Shown here piece after piece: positions 37,482 through 50,479 of a stretch of DNA of 64,000 nucleotides. Numbering within the stretch: the stretch's first letter is position 1; the number at the start of each line of letters is the position of its first letter. The position numbers and the translations under genes are program-made. Source of the DNA: Camelus dromedarius (Eukaryota); assembly GCF_036321535.1 (NCBI RefSeq), contig NC_087436.1, forward strand, positions 40,984,001 through 41,048,000. Reading direction: 5' to 3'. The notes below the pieces were generated by a model, which was not told the origin of the DNA, did not search any database, and was given only the letters and a program-made list of their open reading frames with translations.

Positions 37482-40400
37482 AAACTGTTGATGCCATTGA
37501 CAGATTTCTGTAATTGTTTTGGAGGCTTCACTGCAAGTATGTTACTCTGTTTGCTAGTTGACGGTCAATTATTAACACATTTATATTATCTATTTACTAT
37601 AATAATAAATAATAGTGGATAATAATAAAAAGTAGAGCTAATCAGTGAGAATCAATTTTATTCTGATTTAGCAAGCAGCAATTGAAATTCTGAAAACTCA
37701 CTGACTAAATATTAAAGTCAAAATAAGACTATTTCATGCTGTGCTTTTCCTTTTGATAACCATTTATGAAATCCATTTATTCTTAGCACATGCAATTTCA
37801 AGCTGGGTCTGTTTTAGATTTTAAAACATCAGACCCTACAAGGTGGAAGTTAAAAGCAGTGTTTACTAAAAAATAATTGACAAATGAACCTTAAATACTG
37901 TAACAAAATTTAAACAAAATGAAAATATTATTTTAAATAGATGTTTATCACAAAAAGTAGCTAGAAAAAAAGTCCTGATTCTTCATAGATGACAAGCTTA
38001 TACTTATTATCTTTCCACAAGTTGGAAAATACTCAAGCAAACAGTTTTTCTTTTCAATTAAACTTACATTTAAGCAACAGTATTAAAATGAATACACGGA
38101 CATTGTTATCAGTGAAAATTCAAAGCTGAAAAATTCTCAATTATACTCAAAATCTTTAAGGCTGCTATTTGAAATTACTACATAAATTAACTACTATAAA
38201 GTTTTTATTTATTTTGCTGTTTTAACTTTATTTGTCCCTAAACATTTGCGCATATGTTTGTGTGTGTTTTCCAAAGTTACAGATTTTCATGGTAGAGTTC
38301 ATGGCTTTTTAAATATGACAAGTCTACAAATCTAATAGGAGCTCAAAAAATACTTGGTGACTTAAAAACAATTATATCTTGGCAAAATGTAAGGAAATAT
38401 GAATAATCAGGGTATCATTTACTACCTAGCTCAAAATCATTAAGTTTTTAAATTTTTAGCTGGGTATCTGATGTGATCTTCCTCAAAATGAGAACATGAT
38501 GGAGAAAGTAAAAAGCCTCATGTTAGTCCCCAAACTCAATTCAGAAGCCACTAAGGATACTGTCTTGTGTGCCAAAAGTGTCTATTTAACTAAACAATCT
38601 TTACTAGAGAGAATGTGAGAATTTGACGTTACAAGTGCTCACATGTTCACCAGGTATGAGTATCAAATGTAAGAATTATTAGGATGGGATGTGAGACAGA
38701 AGACAAAAGGAACAAAATCAAAAAATGATGAGGACGCAGTTAAACCAATGAAAGGTATCATCAACCGCAATCAGTTCTGAGTTTCAAGTGTCCTGTCAAG
38801 TAAAACCACTTTTAACATGAAGAAATAACTTCTCATGATGATTGTGTTTGTTCTCATACCTTATTCAATTATAAGACTTCAAATCTACAAATTTAAAGCT
38901 GAATTTTAAATAATTGTTCAAAAACTTTCCGTAAGTGTTTAACATATTTATGTTATATTAATAGATAAAATATAACGTAAAAGTGTATTTTAAGAAATTT
39001 AATTGAAATGAAAATAGTAGTATATATTATTTATATTTAACTTCATATTCATGTGAATAACAAATCTCCATAGAATGTTACCAACATAGACATTATTTGT
39101 TATTCATACTATTTAGTATTTATGTGCATAAAATAAACAATTTTTTTAACATTTATAATACTATTATTTTATTTCATAAATTCTATACTACACTTTAAAG
39201 GTATGGGCAGATGAACAAAAAGTATAATGGTCATATTGCACTAATGAAGTTATTATTTATGAATAACATTATCAAACAAATTCCTTAAAATTCATGATAT
39301 AATAAATCCACAGAAAAGGCAAGCACTTAACATGACCTAAAACAGTTAAAAATTCAATGTATTCTGTGTCCTAAATATTGAATTATCTAGGCTAATTTGT
39401 CTATGTGCTTTTTCAATATGTCATCATTAGCATTAGTCTGTTCAGTGTCCTTAATAATGCAACAATTTTTCTTTAGACCAAGAGAAATAAATCTATTTTA
39501 ATAATGATATTACAACAACTATTGATAATAATAAAAACAGAAATGTTATATGAAGTTTTATCATAGATCACTGAGCTACCTAATTGACAGAATTCTGGAA
39601 CATCTTACAAATTTCTCAGACATCCTTTTTATTAGAAGAAATGTCTTTTTTTTACATTTTTAGAAATGATGACATCCTACAGGCATGTATTCTGTTCAGG
39701 AAAACATCTTTGATTTATATTGCCTTCACTTAAATGGACCAAATAAAGAGATAAATGAAACTGCCAGTCAACATTAACATTAATCATCTAATTTAGCCCA
39801 CCTAATTCATTTATGTATTTATTCTACAAAGAATCACAAAAGTTTATTAGATAAAATATATTGACTTCAGTTTTGGTGCCATTTCTATGCTGAAAATTGT
39901 GTAAACTATAGTTTCTATCTGATATATGTATAGTTATAAAGCAGCATATATAAGGACAAGCAGAATACCCTTTTGCATAATGGAACTGTAAATGAGACCA
40001 ACGTGGGCCTGCAGATGTTACATCAGTCTCCTTTCTCATTTGCTCTCCCCATTTGGCCACCCACATAATGACTTTTACCACAGAATCTATTAACACAAGC
40101 TAGTGCTCATATATTTATCTCCGGACATTTACAAACTTTATCTAATGTGTTCTGATCAGAGTCAAGAAGAGAGACAATAACCTACAGTTTTCAAACAAAC
40201 ACAAATGTCGGTTTAATCATTTACCACATTGAATTATCATGTTGTTTTAATACAGAGAATTGCATGATAATTTAGGAGATATTGTCTTCATCATGGCCCA
40301 TTTGTGGTTAGAATCCCAAAGATGTATGTTTTTCACTCAAACTATATACATGTTAAAGCCAGCTTTCTGATGTTCGAAAAAGGAGAATTATATCGAGCTT

Positions 40401-41169
40401 GAGCACTTGCCACAAAAATAAACAAACAAAAAACACATGGAGTATTATATTCATATATATCTACTGGCATAATTTAAAGATGCTGTGTCCAGAGGTTGAG
40501 AATCCCTCCTAGATATATGCAAAACTAAGTGTCCATTATATTCCTGATGTAGTCCATTTATTTCAAAATCTTTATTGCTTTTGAAGATTGAGAATATGAC
40601 TTACGGAAAACATATCAAGACTGGGAGCAACATGTTTTTAAGAGGTTTTTTTTTTAACTTACAGAAAATACATGCAATTTGAACATATATGTATATTTAA
40701 CTTCAATATCCATCCATGGAAGTCATAAACAATGATACAAGTTTGGTAGTGATAATAGGAGAGTTTTCACACTCTGCTTTATCTGTTTTATGCATATTTA
40801 ATAGTAGAGAGTTTTCTTTTAGTAACTGTCAGCAGGCCAAAAATACATTTCTTTAAGTATATATTTCAAAGATTTAGCTTCTTAAATATTTTTCTAAATA
40901 TTTCTGATACATATTAAAAATAAAATATATTTAGGTAGTAAAATTAATTTTATTGTATTCCTTTGTTGCTAAGTCGTCCTTTTAAAATTCACCATTCAAA
41001 AATTACATTTTTCAAAATCCCAAACAACTATTTTATTTTAGTAATTTCTATAGAATTCAATTCTATAGAATCTGAAAGGAAAAATTCATCTCAACTTTGT
41101 AGTCAATGGGTAGAAAAGAAAACAGGCCAAGATATATATTTAGACTCAAGTGAAAATGAAGAAAGAGAG

Positions 41170-41942
41170 TGTAGGGGAGAGTGTGGGGTTCTTAGTGTGA
41201 TGTCTTTGTTTTCCAATTTTTAAAATCGAAGTATAGGTGATTTACAATGTTGTGTTAGTTTCTGGTATGCAGCATAGTGATCCAATTATACATATATACA
41301 TACATTATTTTTCATATTCCTTTTTATTACAGGCTACTACAAGCCATCAAATATAGTTCCTTGTGCTACACAATAGGACCTTGTTGTTTATCTGTTCTAT
41401 ATTTAGTAGTTTGTGCCTGCCAATTCTGGTTTGTTGTCTTAACTATGCTGGAACTATGTTTCCCAAGATTCCTTCCTCTGTAATTGCCATATTAAAATTA
41501 GCCACAAGGCAATTTTGCATGAGATTTGTAAGGTAGGACTGAAGAAACTCTATGCTCCGTAAGTCAATTTAGAGTGGCAAATGCTGCTGTATTCTAGCAC
41601 ATTATTACTACCTGTTGACACTTTACTGATGAGGGCAGCAGCCAGGCCTTCACTCTCCCAGCCTCCTCCCTATACAAAATGTACAAACTGCACAAGATGT
41701 TCTAGCTTGTCCTAATGGGCTCCAGTTTCCTCTCACTTCCCAGGTTTTCATACCCAGCTTTTCTTTCTGACTAGCAGCTGACATTCAAAAATTCAGGCCT
41801 ATCACCAGATTCAGAGGCTACAACTCTTTATACATATTTTAACCAGTCCCCCACTTAATCAAAGTCTGATTCCTATAACATAACCCTGATTCCATAATGC
41901 TCTTGGCAGTTCTGCTTCCCTGACTGAGCCCTAACTGACAGA
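41170..41942 (+). mobile_element. ERVL solo LTR (LTR41/LTR33-class) interrupted by L1
   Basis: 'gaactatgtttcccaagattccttcc', 'tgcatgagatttgtaagg', and 3' end 'ttcctataa...ttccataat...ttctgcttccctgactgagccctaactga'. Confidence 0.65.
41217..41426 (-). mobile_element. Artiodactyl/camelid L1 3' end, 5'-truncated
   Basis: 'gaagtataggtgatttacaatgttgtgttagtttctggt...atatagttccttgtgctacacaataggaccttgttgtttatc' is an antisense cetartiodactyl L1 3' UTR. Confidence 0.9.
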
Positions 41943-41959
41943 GAGACATGGGTATTACT

Positions 41960-42100
41960 TTACTTGCAAACTTGAGTTTTCTCACCTGTTATATAAGGAA
42001 ATTGTCATGTTCTCACAGACTTGCTGTGATATTAAGTGCAGTAAAATATGTACAGCACTTAGGACTGGATCTGGGAAAGTAAGTGCTATATACCTTATAA
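41960..42100 (+). mobile_element. MIR 3' fragment
   Basis: 'gagttttctcacctgt...ctcacagacttgctgtgatattaagtg...tatgtacagcacttagg'. Confidence 0.65.
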
Positions 42101-43912
42101 TAGGAATAACAGTAACTCTTATGTTTGACCTGCTGAAGTCATTATATTACTTTTTCCTGTATTTGTATATTTAAGCATAAATATTTCATTTCTGTGCTTC
42201 TTTGCTATGCTTCTATTGTAGAAGTGGTAAGCGTGTTACATTCAATCCTAATAAATCCACTTTCATTTTTATACAGGACAATTTTGAAGTGGAATAAAAC
42301 TATCTGTAATTATAATTAAATGAATAACAAACAATATTTACAATTTTAGACAAAATAACTCAATGATTTGTTTTTCAAATGTTCACAAATACTTAGAATA
42401 TAATTTTTCATGTCAATAAGTAGCATTCAATGTAAATATCATTATGTTCAGAGTTGAAAATACTTTATTTTTGACTGTAAGGATAAATAGAAATACTCAT
42501 GTAAAATTACAATCTATACTATCTGAAATAAACATTTAAAATTTCACAACTTAAAATTATGTGTCTGGAAATACAATATTTGTCCTGGCTTATAATTTTA
42601 TTATATTTTACTGAAACAGTTATTTTCACAAGTATCTTACTCATAGACAATTTCCTTTCTGTTAAATTTTAATCATCCAAGTACTCTTAATAGATGAAGT
42701 ATTTCTTATCCTTTGTCAAAAAAAAAAAATCCTTTAAAAAAAGGTTCAGTTTCAGCACCCTAGAAAGAACTGGAAAAATTCCAAGATTCCTAGAATGAGC
42801 ATTTATATATTTTTTTCAACTTTATACATTAGATATTGTACTAAATTCTTATTAATTTCAGATTCATTTAATTGTGCTCTAAAGAAATAAATCCCAATTT
42901 ACACATTACATTTAAAAAATATAATAAAATAAGAAAACTCTTGATGGAGATGACTCCCCAACAAGAGACCATTAGCAATTCCATCTTATGCTCCACAATA
43001 AAACATGCTGTGTAAAAGTGATTGCATTTGAAATTATTTGTACATTTGAATGCGAACTACCCAACCATGAAAAATGAGATTTCCGTTTGCTATAAAAATA
43101 AATTAGGAGGAAATGCTTTGCTGGCAAACTCATTTGAGCATCTCAGTTCATAACTATTTATGGTAACATAAACAGATGTCTTTGCTCATACTGTGAGCTG
43201 CCGTATGATATTGTTTTATTCAGCATTACTTTATATCTAAAGTGAATGTAGGTGACTTATTTTAGGATATAATAAAACTATTCTGATGTAGAGATCCTGA
43301 GGGAAATTATACAATAATGCTACCTACATAACTGATTTTCTTCTTATGAAATCATGATCCCTCTACAATGTTAGAGCTATAAAATGTATTGTTTAACATC
43401 ACTATTTCTATGTTCATATCTCAATAAATAATAGAAAGGTATTTTTTTAATGAAAACATATTTTATATAAAGGCAGTCCTTTGGGAAAATAATTTTTCAT
43501 TTCTAAATTAAAAGTACCATGAAATAAAGATTGAATATGTCACTTATTGCTTATTGACACTAAAATTACTTCTTTTTATTAGCAAAACAATTTTCTCTGA
43601 GAAAATATCATAATGGTGGTTCCCAGTACATTTTAAGTAGGAGAGCTTATTCAAGAAAAAAAAAATCAAAGATAAATTCTGCAAAGTATGCATTGGCTTA
43701 AATTCCTGGGAAACATTCCTGGGAATGCAAAGATATTATTTTAAATATAGCAGTCCTGTCTGCCCTAATAATGTACTCATGCTCATATCTTAATTCATTC
43801 ATTAGAAATAATAGTATTGTGTAATGGAAAGAGCAAAGATTTAGAGTTGTGCTGTCAGCTGTTTAAGCTGCTTGAAAATTGTTCTTTTATTCTAGGAAAA
43901 AACCTCTAAGAA

Positions 43913-45300
43913 ATGAGATACTGGTTATCTAAATATTCTGAGGGCACCCATCCCACAGGGACTCTGGCAGATTTCATGCTTAAAAGCCTTGGTCCTTCCT
44001 CACGTTCACTTCCAATGATATGGACTGATCTGACCAAAGGCAACTTAGGGTATCAATGGCAATTATGGGGAACTTTTGAAATCCCCAAATTTAATTTCCA
44101 TAAAACCAGATTGGGTTACAATAGCTTAAAAGTTTCCAGAACTGAGTGCAATGCCCATTTTGATTGGTAGTTTGAATAGCTTGGGGCTTTCCAATGCTAT
44201 CAGGAGTCTAAAATTGCCTTTGCGCAAAATAAGATTTTAAGGTTAACTAAAGCAAACAAATGACTGAAGATAGGGCTCCTGAGGCCTCAGATTCTTCTTT
44301 CTTGGCTTCTTTGTCTCAGGCTCTATCTCTGACTCCATCTTGTCTCTCTCTCCTGACTCCAATAGCTCAGACTCCACCTCTGACACCATCTTCCTCCTTC
44401 CCTTCTACACTGCCTATAACTCTTGGATAGCCTCACTTTACCCAAACAATTATCTTGCTGAACTTCCCCTTTTCTCTGAAACTCTCTCCACTCCCTTTTC
44501 CTCTGATATTGTTAGGATCTGAACTTTAAAACTAAGTCTTCTGAGGATCCAGAGGCTAAACCATTAAGTTTTTATATTTCCTGGACTAAATCTGAACTGT
44601 GAGCCATAGCCAAAGATTCTCCCAGAGTAATGGAAGATCCTTACAGATTTGCTAAGGAATTTAATATAGTTATTCATTCTTATCAACCTAGTTTGTCTGA
44701 CTTACATCAGCTAGTTCACGTGCTTGTCAGAGAAGATCAGGTCCAACACTGGATGAAAACTACTAATTGGGAGAATCCTGAAAGTTCTCTGTAATTACAA
44801 CCAGGAGACCAGCCCACTAATTTAGTGTATGGTCGAGTCATTGCTAGGTGACTTCATCAAGCAATTCTTAGGGCTTTTCCAAAGCCTGTTGATTGGAACA
44901 AAATTCAGGCTTGCACACAAACATCTGATGAATCTCTTCATATCTATTACAATTAACTTCAGATTATTTTTAAATAAAAGTATGGTCTACCTTCAAATGT
45001 TGATTCCACTCAGGGAAGCTTTTGAATCTATGGTTATTAACGAACTGAACCTGTTCCTCTCCCTTCTTGTAAAAACGACCAGGATGGAATGGAAAACCTT
45101 ATCTACTCCAGATTTAGTTAATCTGGCAAACCAACTCTCCCTTACTCTAGGTAAGTGACTTCCAAGGAAGACTGCCAAAATTATTAATCTTCAACTCATA
45201 AACAAAACCAAAATTCTCCTAGTTTCAGCTTTTATTCCAAAAGGCCAGTATATTAGAAAAAAATGATTATTACAAATTTAAACGCTTTAGGAACATTTAA
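43913..45300 (+). pseudogene. gag: ERV gag remnant
   Basis: MA-like WTDLTKGNLGYQWQLWGTF; Pro/Ser-rich spacer; CA-like WTKSEL*AIAKDSPRVMEDPYRFAKEF (44582-); degenerate zinc knuckle SFYSKRPVY*KK (~45227-45265). Confidence 0.8.
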
Positions 45301-45339
45301 CCCTCTTAATGCCCTCTCAATTCTCAACAACAAGGCTCT

Positions 45340-45700
45340 GGTTACATTGGGGCTCTTTCCAATCCTCCTTAATCAGCTTGGAGAAACACTTTTCCAAACT
45401 GGGGATAAACTCCTCCTAGTTCTAATTAATAGCAGATTCACATTGTTGGTTCTCAACCCCATTATTAAATACAAAAAAAGTGCCCCTGGCTCAGAGTACT
45501 AAGATCATTCAAACAGTGAGGCGCTCTAATAAACCTGTCTCTGAACCTATTCCCTTTTGTTTAGGCTCTTTGAGAGATATCCACTCTCCTTAAGTCCTTT
45601 GCCTTTCTTTACCCATTTATTAGGTCAAGACCTCATAGAGAAGTGTCATGCTGGAATTTCTTTCCCAAAGGGGAAAATATTTCTAGAATTTGACAGTTGT
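45340..45700 (+). pseudogene. pro: ERV aspartic protease remnant
   Basis: LINSRFTLLVLNP (from LIDTGATxSVLNP, 45422-45460) and LLGQDL (45617-). Confidence 0.75.
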
Positions 45701-45829
45701 CATTAAAGTAATCAATCAAGGGAATTAAATGACCCTTTGACATCTTTTTATTTCTTCCATCTATGACAGTACTAGAGCTGATTCTGGAAATACTGATCAT
45801 TTGTCCCTATTAAATCAGCTACCATATTC

Positions 45830-47815
45830 CTTATGGGGAAAATCTGATTAATGTTGGCAAAAATCACAGAACACCTGCCATCAAGATTCAAACAGACCCT
45901 TCAAAATTTTTCCCAGAATTAATCAATATCCTATAAGTAAAGAAGCCCTTCAAGGCATAAAGCCCATAATAGAAGATTTTAAGGCTCAAGGCCTCAGAAT
46001 CATTTGTCCTAGCCCCTGTAAAACTCCTATTTTACCTGTGAGAAAATCTAATGGTTGATGGTAGAGGTTTTTCCAGGACCTCTGAGCAATAAACAACATT
46101 GTCATTCCTCCACAGACTGTTGTTTCTAATCTTCATAAATTACTAACATCCATTCCTATCAGAAGCAAATTCTCTACTGTAATTGATTTATGTAGTGCAT
46201 TCTTTAGTACTCCAGTTGACAAAGTTATCGAATAACTTTGCAGTCATTGGGAAGAACAATTCACCTAGACAGTAATGCCTCAGAGTTTTACTGAGAGTCC
46301 TCCTTGTTTCTCACAAATCCTGAAGGCTCATCTGAATGATGCAAAGTTCCCTAGAGGTCCTACTCTTCAGTATATGATTGATTTGCTGCTTTGTTCTCCT
46401 TCTCAAGCCTCCTCAAAGGAAGACAGTATCCACTTGCTAAAGCTTCTAGTCTTCAAGGGTTATAAGTTCAGCAAGGAAAAACTGCCACTTGTTCTAACCC
46501 AGGTTTGATGTTTGGGGCAACTGGCATCAGAACAAGGGCTACACCTACATTCAGATAGACTTTTTGGTGTCTTAAGTTTCCCCAAACTCCAAACTGAGTA
46601 CCATCTGTGAGGCTTTCTTGGGCTGGTCGGTTAGTGTCAAAATTGGATTCCAAATTTCTCTCTTATGGCCAAACCTCTCTATGTTTTACTAAACTATAAT
46701 AATCCCAACCCAATTTATGGGAAGAACCAGATGACACAGACTTCAAGGCCTTAAAGGAGAGTTTGATGAATCCATCTGCCGTGGACATCCCAATTACCAG
46801 TTTCTTTCTTTCTTTCTTTTCTTTTCTTTTCATATATGAATGGGAAAGGAATACTCTGGGGTACTTACCTGAAAACACTAGGACCACCATTGACCCATAA
46901 GATATTTTAGCCAGCAAGTGGACCCTGTGGCATGGAAATATTCCCCTTGCATTAAGGCTTTTACGGCCACTGCCCTTTGGGGTTAAGACCATCAAGAAAA
47001 TCACTGTGAGAGCCTTTTTAACCATTTTTGTATCTCATGCATTAGAAGTTCTTCTGAATTCTCATTATTCTCAACATCTGTCAGTTAGCCAACTGATCTA
47101 CTATAATGACCTTTTGTTAACTGCTTCTCACATTACTATTTCATGCTGTAGTAACCTTTATAAAACCACTACTCCTTGCCTTCTGTCACTGGTGAAATCC
47201 TTCACAGCTGCTTAAAACTGATGGATCACTTCCTGACTTCGTGTGATGGAAATTCATTTGGTAACACTGATTCTCATGGTTTGCTGATGGTTCTCATTTA
47301 CAAGGTGACAAAGGCAAATATTGTGCTTAGTATGCTACTGGCAACCCCTTTCGATGTTGTTGAGGCAGTATCTTTATCTATGGCTACTTTGGCCCAACAA
47401 GCTGAATTATATGCTCTTATACAGGTTTGTACTTTAGCCAAGGACAAAACTGCTAATATTGATTTTGATAGTAGATATACTTTTGGAGTAGCTCATGATT
47501 TTGGAATGTTGTGAAAGCAACATGTCTTCCTTACTTCCAGTGGAAATACAATTTTAAATGGCCCCTAAGTTCGAGTTATTAGATGCAGTACTTCTACTTG
47601 CCACCTTAGCTATTGTTAGGATTCTAGGGCATATAAGTTTGACTCTCTGGAAGCCGAAGAAATCATCTTGCTGATATTTCCAGGAGAAACGCTATCCTTA
47701 CAGGAACCAACTGTAGCCAAACCTCTGTCATGGTACAAAGAGATATTTCCCCAAGTGATAATTGGAAAAAAACAAAAAACAAAAAACAAAAACCCAGTAA
47801 ACTGGCTAGAGAAGC
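45830..47815 (+). pseudogene. pol: ERV pol remnant (RT plus RNase H)
   Basis: QYPISKEA, SPCKTPILPVRK, QDL*AIN, TVIDLCSAFF, MPQSFTESP, LQYMIDLLL (YVDD mutated, 46371), RNase H WFADGS, AQQAELYAL, DSRYTFGVAHDFGML. Confidence 0.92.
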
Positions 47816-47824
47816 CAAATAATT

Positions 47825-47900
47825 GCAGACCCTGAACTGCAATTCTCTGCTGATCCTGAATAAACCTATCTTTGCTGGAGAAACATTTGGCAGTCTATTT
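47825..47900 (+). mobile_element. 3' (R/U5) fragment of an ERV1 LTR
   Basis: 'cagaccctgaactgcaattctctgctgatcctgAATAAAcctatctttgctggagaaacatttggcagtctattt'; terminal CA not seen. Confidence 0.7.
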
Positions 47901-48284
47901 AATTCATCTGATCATTACTTACACAGAAATATAGAAAACTTTTCATATCCTTAAGGGTAACATAATCTAATTACTTAAATTAGGAAGATTCACACAAAGC
48001 AAATACTTAAATTATATGAGTATAAATTTACATTGCATACCTGAATGAATAAAACATAAAAGTAATTGAAAGAATAAGCAGAAAAAAAAATTAGATCAAA
48101 TAATTTTCATGGAATATTGCAGAAACTTTTAAAAGCTTGCACATAGTTTGCCTTTGTGACAATTAAAAATATTAGAATATATTCTATTTATTTCTATTGC
48201 ATCACCTTAAATTTAAATTGTTGAATGTATCATAGTATAATTGAGAAGTGGCCTATATTAATTTTAAGTATAATGCATTTATTA

Positions 48285-48500
48285 ATTCATTAAAAATATT
48301 GATTAATGCACTAATACTCTTCCTGAATTAGAATATAGGTCAAAACATCAAAACGTATAAAGATCTTTGCCCTGTACATTCTGAGGAACAAACAATCTAA
48401 TAAATGAAAAATTACGCAATATTTTAGAAGGCAACAGATGCTATAAAAATATAATCAAAATGAGAAGAATAATGTGTATCTATTAGTCTAAAGGTGGGGA
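48285..48500 (-). mobile_element. L2 3' fragment; further pieces at ~50350-50479 and 51017-51280
   Basis: Antisense L2 blocks 'ttcattaaaaatattgattaatgcac', 'acattctgagg', 'cagatgctggtag', 'aagcaggaagcaacatcatcagct'. Confidence 0.6.
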
Positions 48501-48513
48501 GGAGAGATGCTGC

Positions 48514-49140
48514 TTTTATTTACACCACTTTATCGGCAAAAAATTTATAATAAAATTTAACCTTCTTCAAGTGTGAAATTCAATAACTTTTATTAAAGTT
48601 ATAGTTTGTTGCAAACCAAAACAATACATATTTAGAACATTTCTGTGACCTCAAAAAAGAAAATTTGGGCTTCTATGCAGCTATCTCATTTTCTTACCCG
48701 CTGCCCAAGGCAAATGTAATATGTCTCTGCAGGGTTTCTTTCTCTGGAAATTTTATATGAAGGAATTGTACAAAATGCAGTCTTTTTAATTTGACTTCTT
48801 TCACTTTGGATGTTTCTGAGGGCAATCAATGTTAGAGCATGCAAAATTATTTTATTCTTTTTTAATGCAAAATAGTATTCCACAGTATAGGTAAACCACA
48901 TTTTGTTTATCTAGTCACTATTTGATAAACATCTGCAATTTTCCCATTTTTTGACTATTATGAATAATGTTACTATAAACATTCATTTATGAGTGTTTGT
49001 GTGGATGTCTGCTTTTATTTTTCTCAAGTAGATACCTAGGAATGGAATGGCTTAGCCATCTGGTAAATTTGTGTCTTCATGTTTAAGAAACTATCCAATT
49101 GCTTTTAAAAGGGGTTGTACCATTTTAAATTTCCACTGCC
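48514..49140 (-). mobile_element. L1MB-like 3' end
   Basis: Minus-strand MWFTYTVEYYFALKKNKIILHA...SERSQ is the ORF2 C-terminus; antisense 3' UTR 'tttagaacatttct'. Confidence 0.88.
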
Positions 49141-49306
49141 TAGGAGTAAGGCATGGAACAGATCCTTCTCTAGCACTCTCGGGGCATAATGACCCCTGCT
49201 CACACCAGGATTTTCAATTCATCCCCAAAACTGTGAGAAATATGTGTCTATTGTTTCAAGCCACTCAGTCTTGTAAGTTTTTAAGTTAACCCAAGGAAAC
49301 TAATGT
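49141..49306 (+). mobile_element. MLT1C/D LTR 3' fragment
   Basis: 'aggcatggaacagatccttctctag...aactgtgagaaata...tttcaagccactcagt...aggaaactaat'. Confidence 0.8.
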
Positions 49307-49429
49307 GAAAGGGGAGAACAACACGGGTCAGAAGATTGCTGTGTTAAAAGGTAGAATTGACAGCATATTTGTATGCTAATGAAAATGCCTCAGGAAAAAG
49401 GAAAAAGGAAAAACTGAAGACATAAAGAA

Positions 49430-50347
49430 GAGAGGCTTCAGTGTCAGCAGTGATAGGTACAGAGCTTGGAGATCATCACCCTGTCCTTAAAAGAAATAGG
49501 CCAAACAAACTAAAAGTCAACAATTTTTCTTAGAATCATCAGAGAACAGAGGTCACAAGATAAAGGACCACCCTGAAATCTGGAGAGTCAGGAAAACCCA
49601 TTTATAACTGGGATCTGTTTACCTAGAACAGAAGCACTGACACCATAAACTGGTGGGAACACAAAGGTGATTATTTCCCTGAACTGTAGGAGCCTGAATG
49701 TAAACTAGTGTGCAAGAAAGAAAGTCCAGGGTGCCACTGTATGAGGGGGTAATCCCATAATTTCATAAGGTTACCTCCAAGAGCCCCACTGGGTTCCCAC
49801 AGTGAAGAGTCAAAAAAGATCTCTTCCTGCCTCTGGCAGGGGGAGAAACAGTAATCATTTTGAAATACACCAGTTGCATTTCTTTTTTCTTAATTAGAAA
49901 ATCTCACTCTGCAGGAGAAGTCTTTATCAGAGCGGTATCCCACTTTTCCTGAACTCCATTACCCCTAAATTAAGCTTCCAATCTCACCAGAGGAAGTGAA
50001 GGTAACAACTGGCTCTCAGTCTTAAAAGACTGAGATTTAATCAGAAGATTAGAGTACTCTTTCCTTCCCCCATATTTCAGCACAACATCAGCAACACTCC
50101 CTCAGGCAAGTGGGTTAGAACTGGAAGAGTTGCCAGACACAAATCACAGTTACATTGGTATTCTTAGTCAAACTCAAAGACAACAGGAGAGGTAAGGACC
50201 CAGCAGGAAACTGAAGGCTCTGGTATCTACAGCTACAGAAAATGTTAAGTAGAGCCCAACTTTATTAACATAAAATCTCACTCTAAAGTCTTATTTATCT
50301 CATTTCTTATTAGCCAATATATCATGCCCAGCTTTCAAAAAAAATTT
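49430..50347 (+). mobile_element. L1MD/L1M4-type 5' UTR fragment
   Basis: 'ttcttagaatcatcagagaacagaggtcaca', 'caccctgaaatctggagag', 'atcattttgaaatacacc', 'atcatgcccagctttcaaaaaaaatt'. Confidence 0.7.
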
Positions 50348-50479
50348 TTTTCAAATTTCTACAGTTATGGCTTTAGGTAGAATAGAAGGGATAAGGTTTA
50401 GTGTATACGTGGGTGGATTTGTTTATTGTAGGAACTTAAAAGTTGATGCATGGTCAGGAGGCAGAGACTATAGGTAAGA

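Larger units (their letters stand above)
43850..47900 (+). mobile_element. Class I (gamma-like, ERV1) endogenous retrovirus remnant: leader-gag-pro-RT-RNaseH fused to a 3' LTR fragment
   Basis: See sub-features. Many stops and frameshifts; no 5' LTR, integrase or env visible. Confidence 0.93.

Noticed and set aside
38460..38653. Possible exon (tttttag| ... CAG|gtatga)
   Set aside because: No recognisable peptide; such splice-like pairs are common by chance in AT-rich DNA.
43913..47514. Intact or co-opted retroviral gene
   Set aside because: Numerous stops and frameshifts; catalytic DTG and YVDD motifs mutated; no env.
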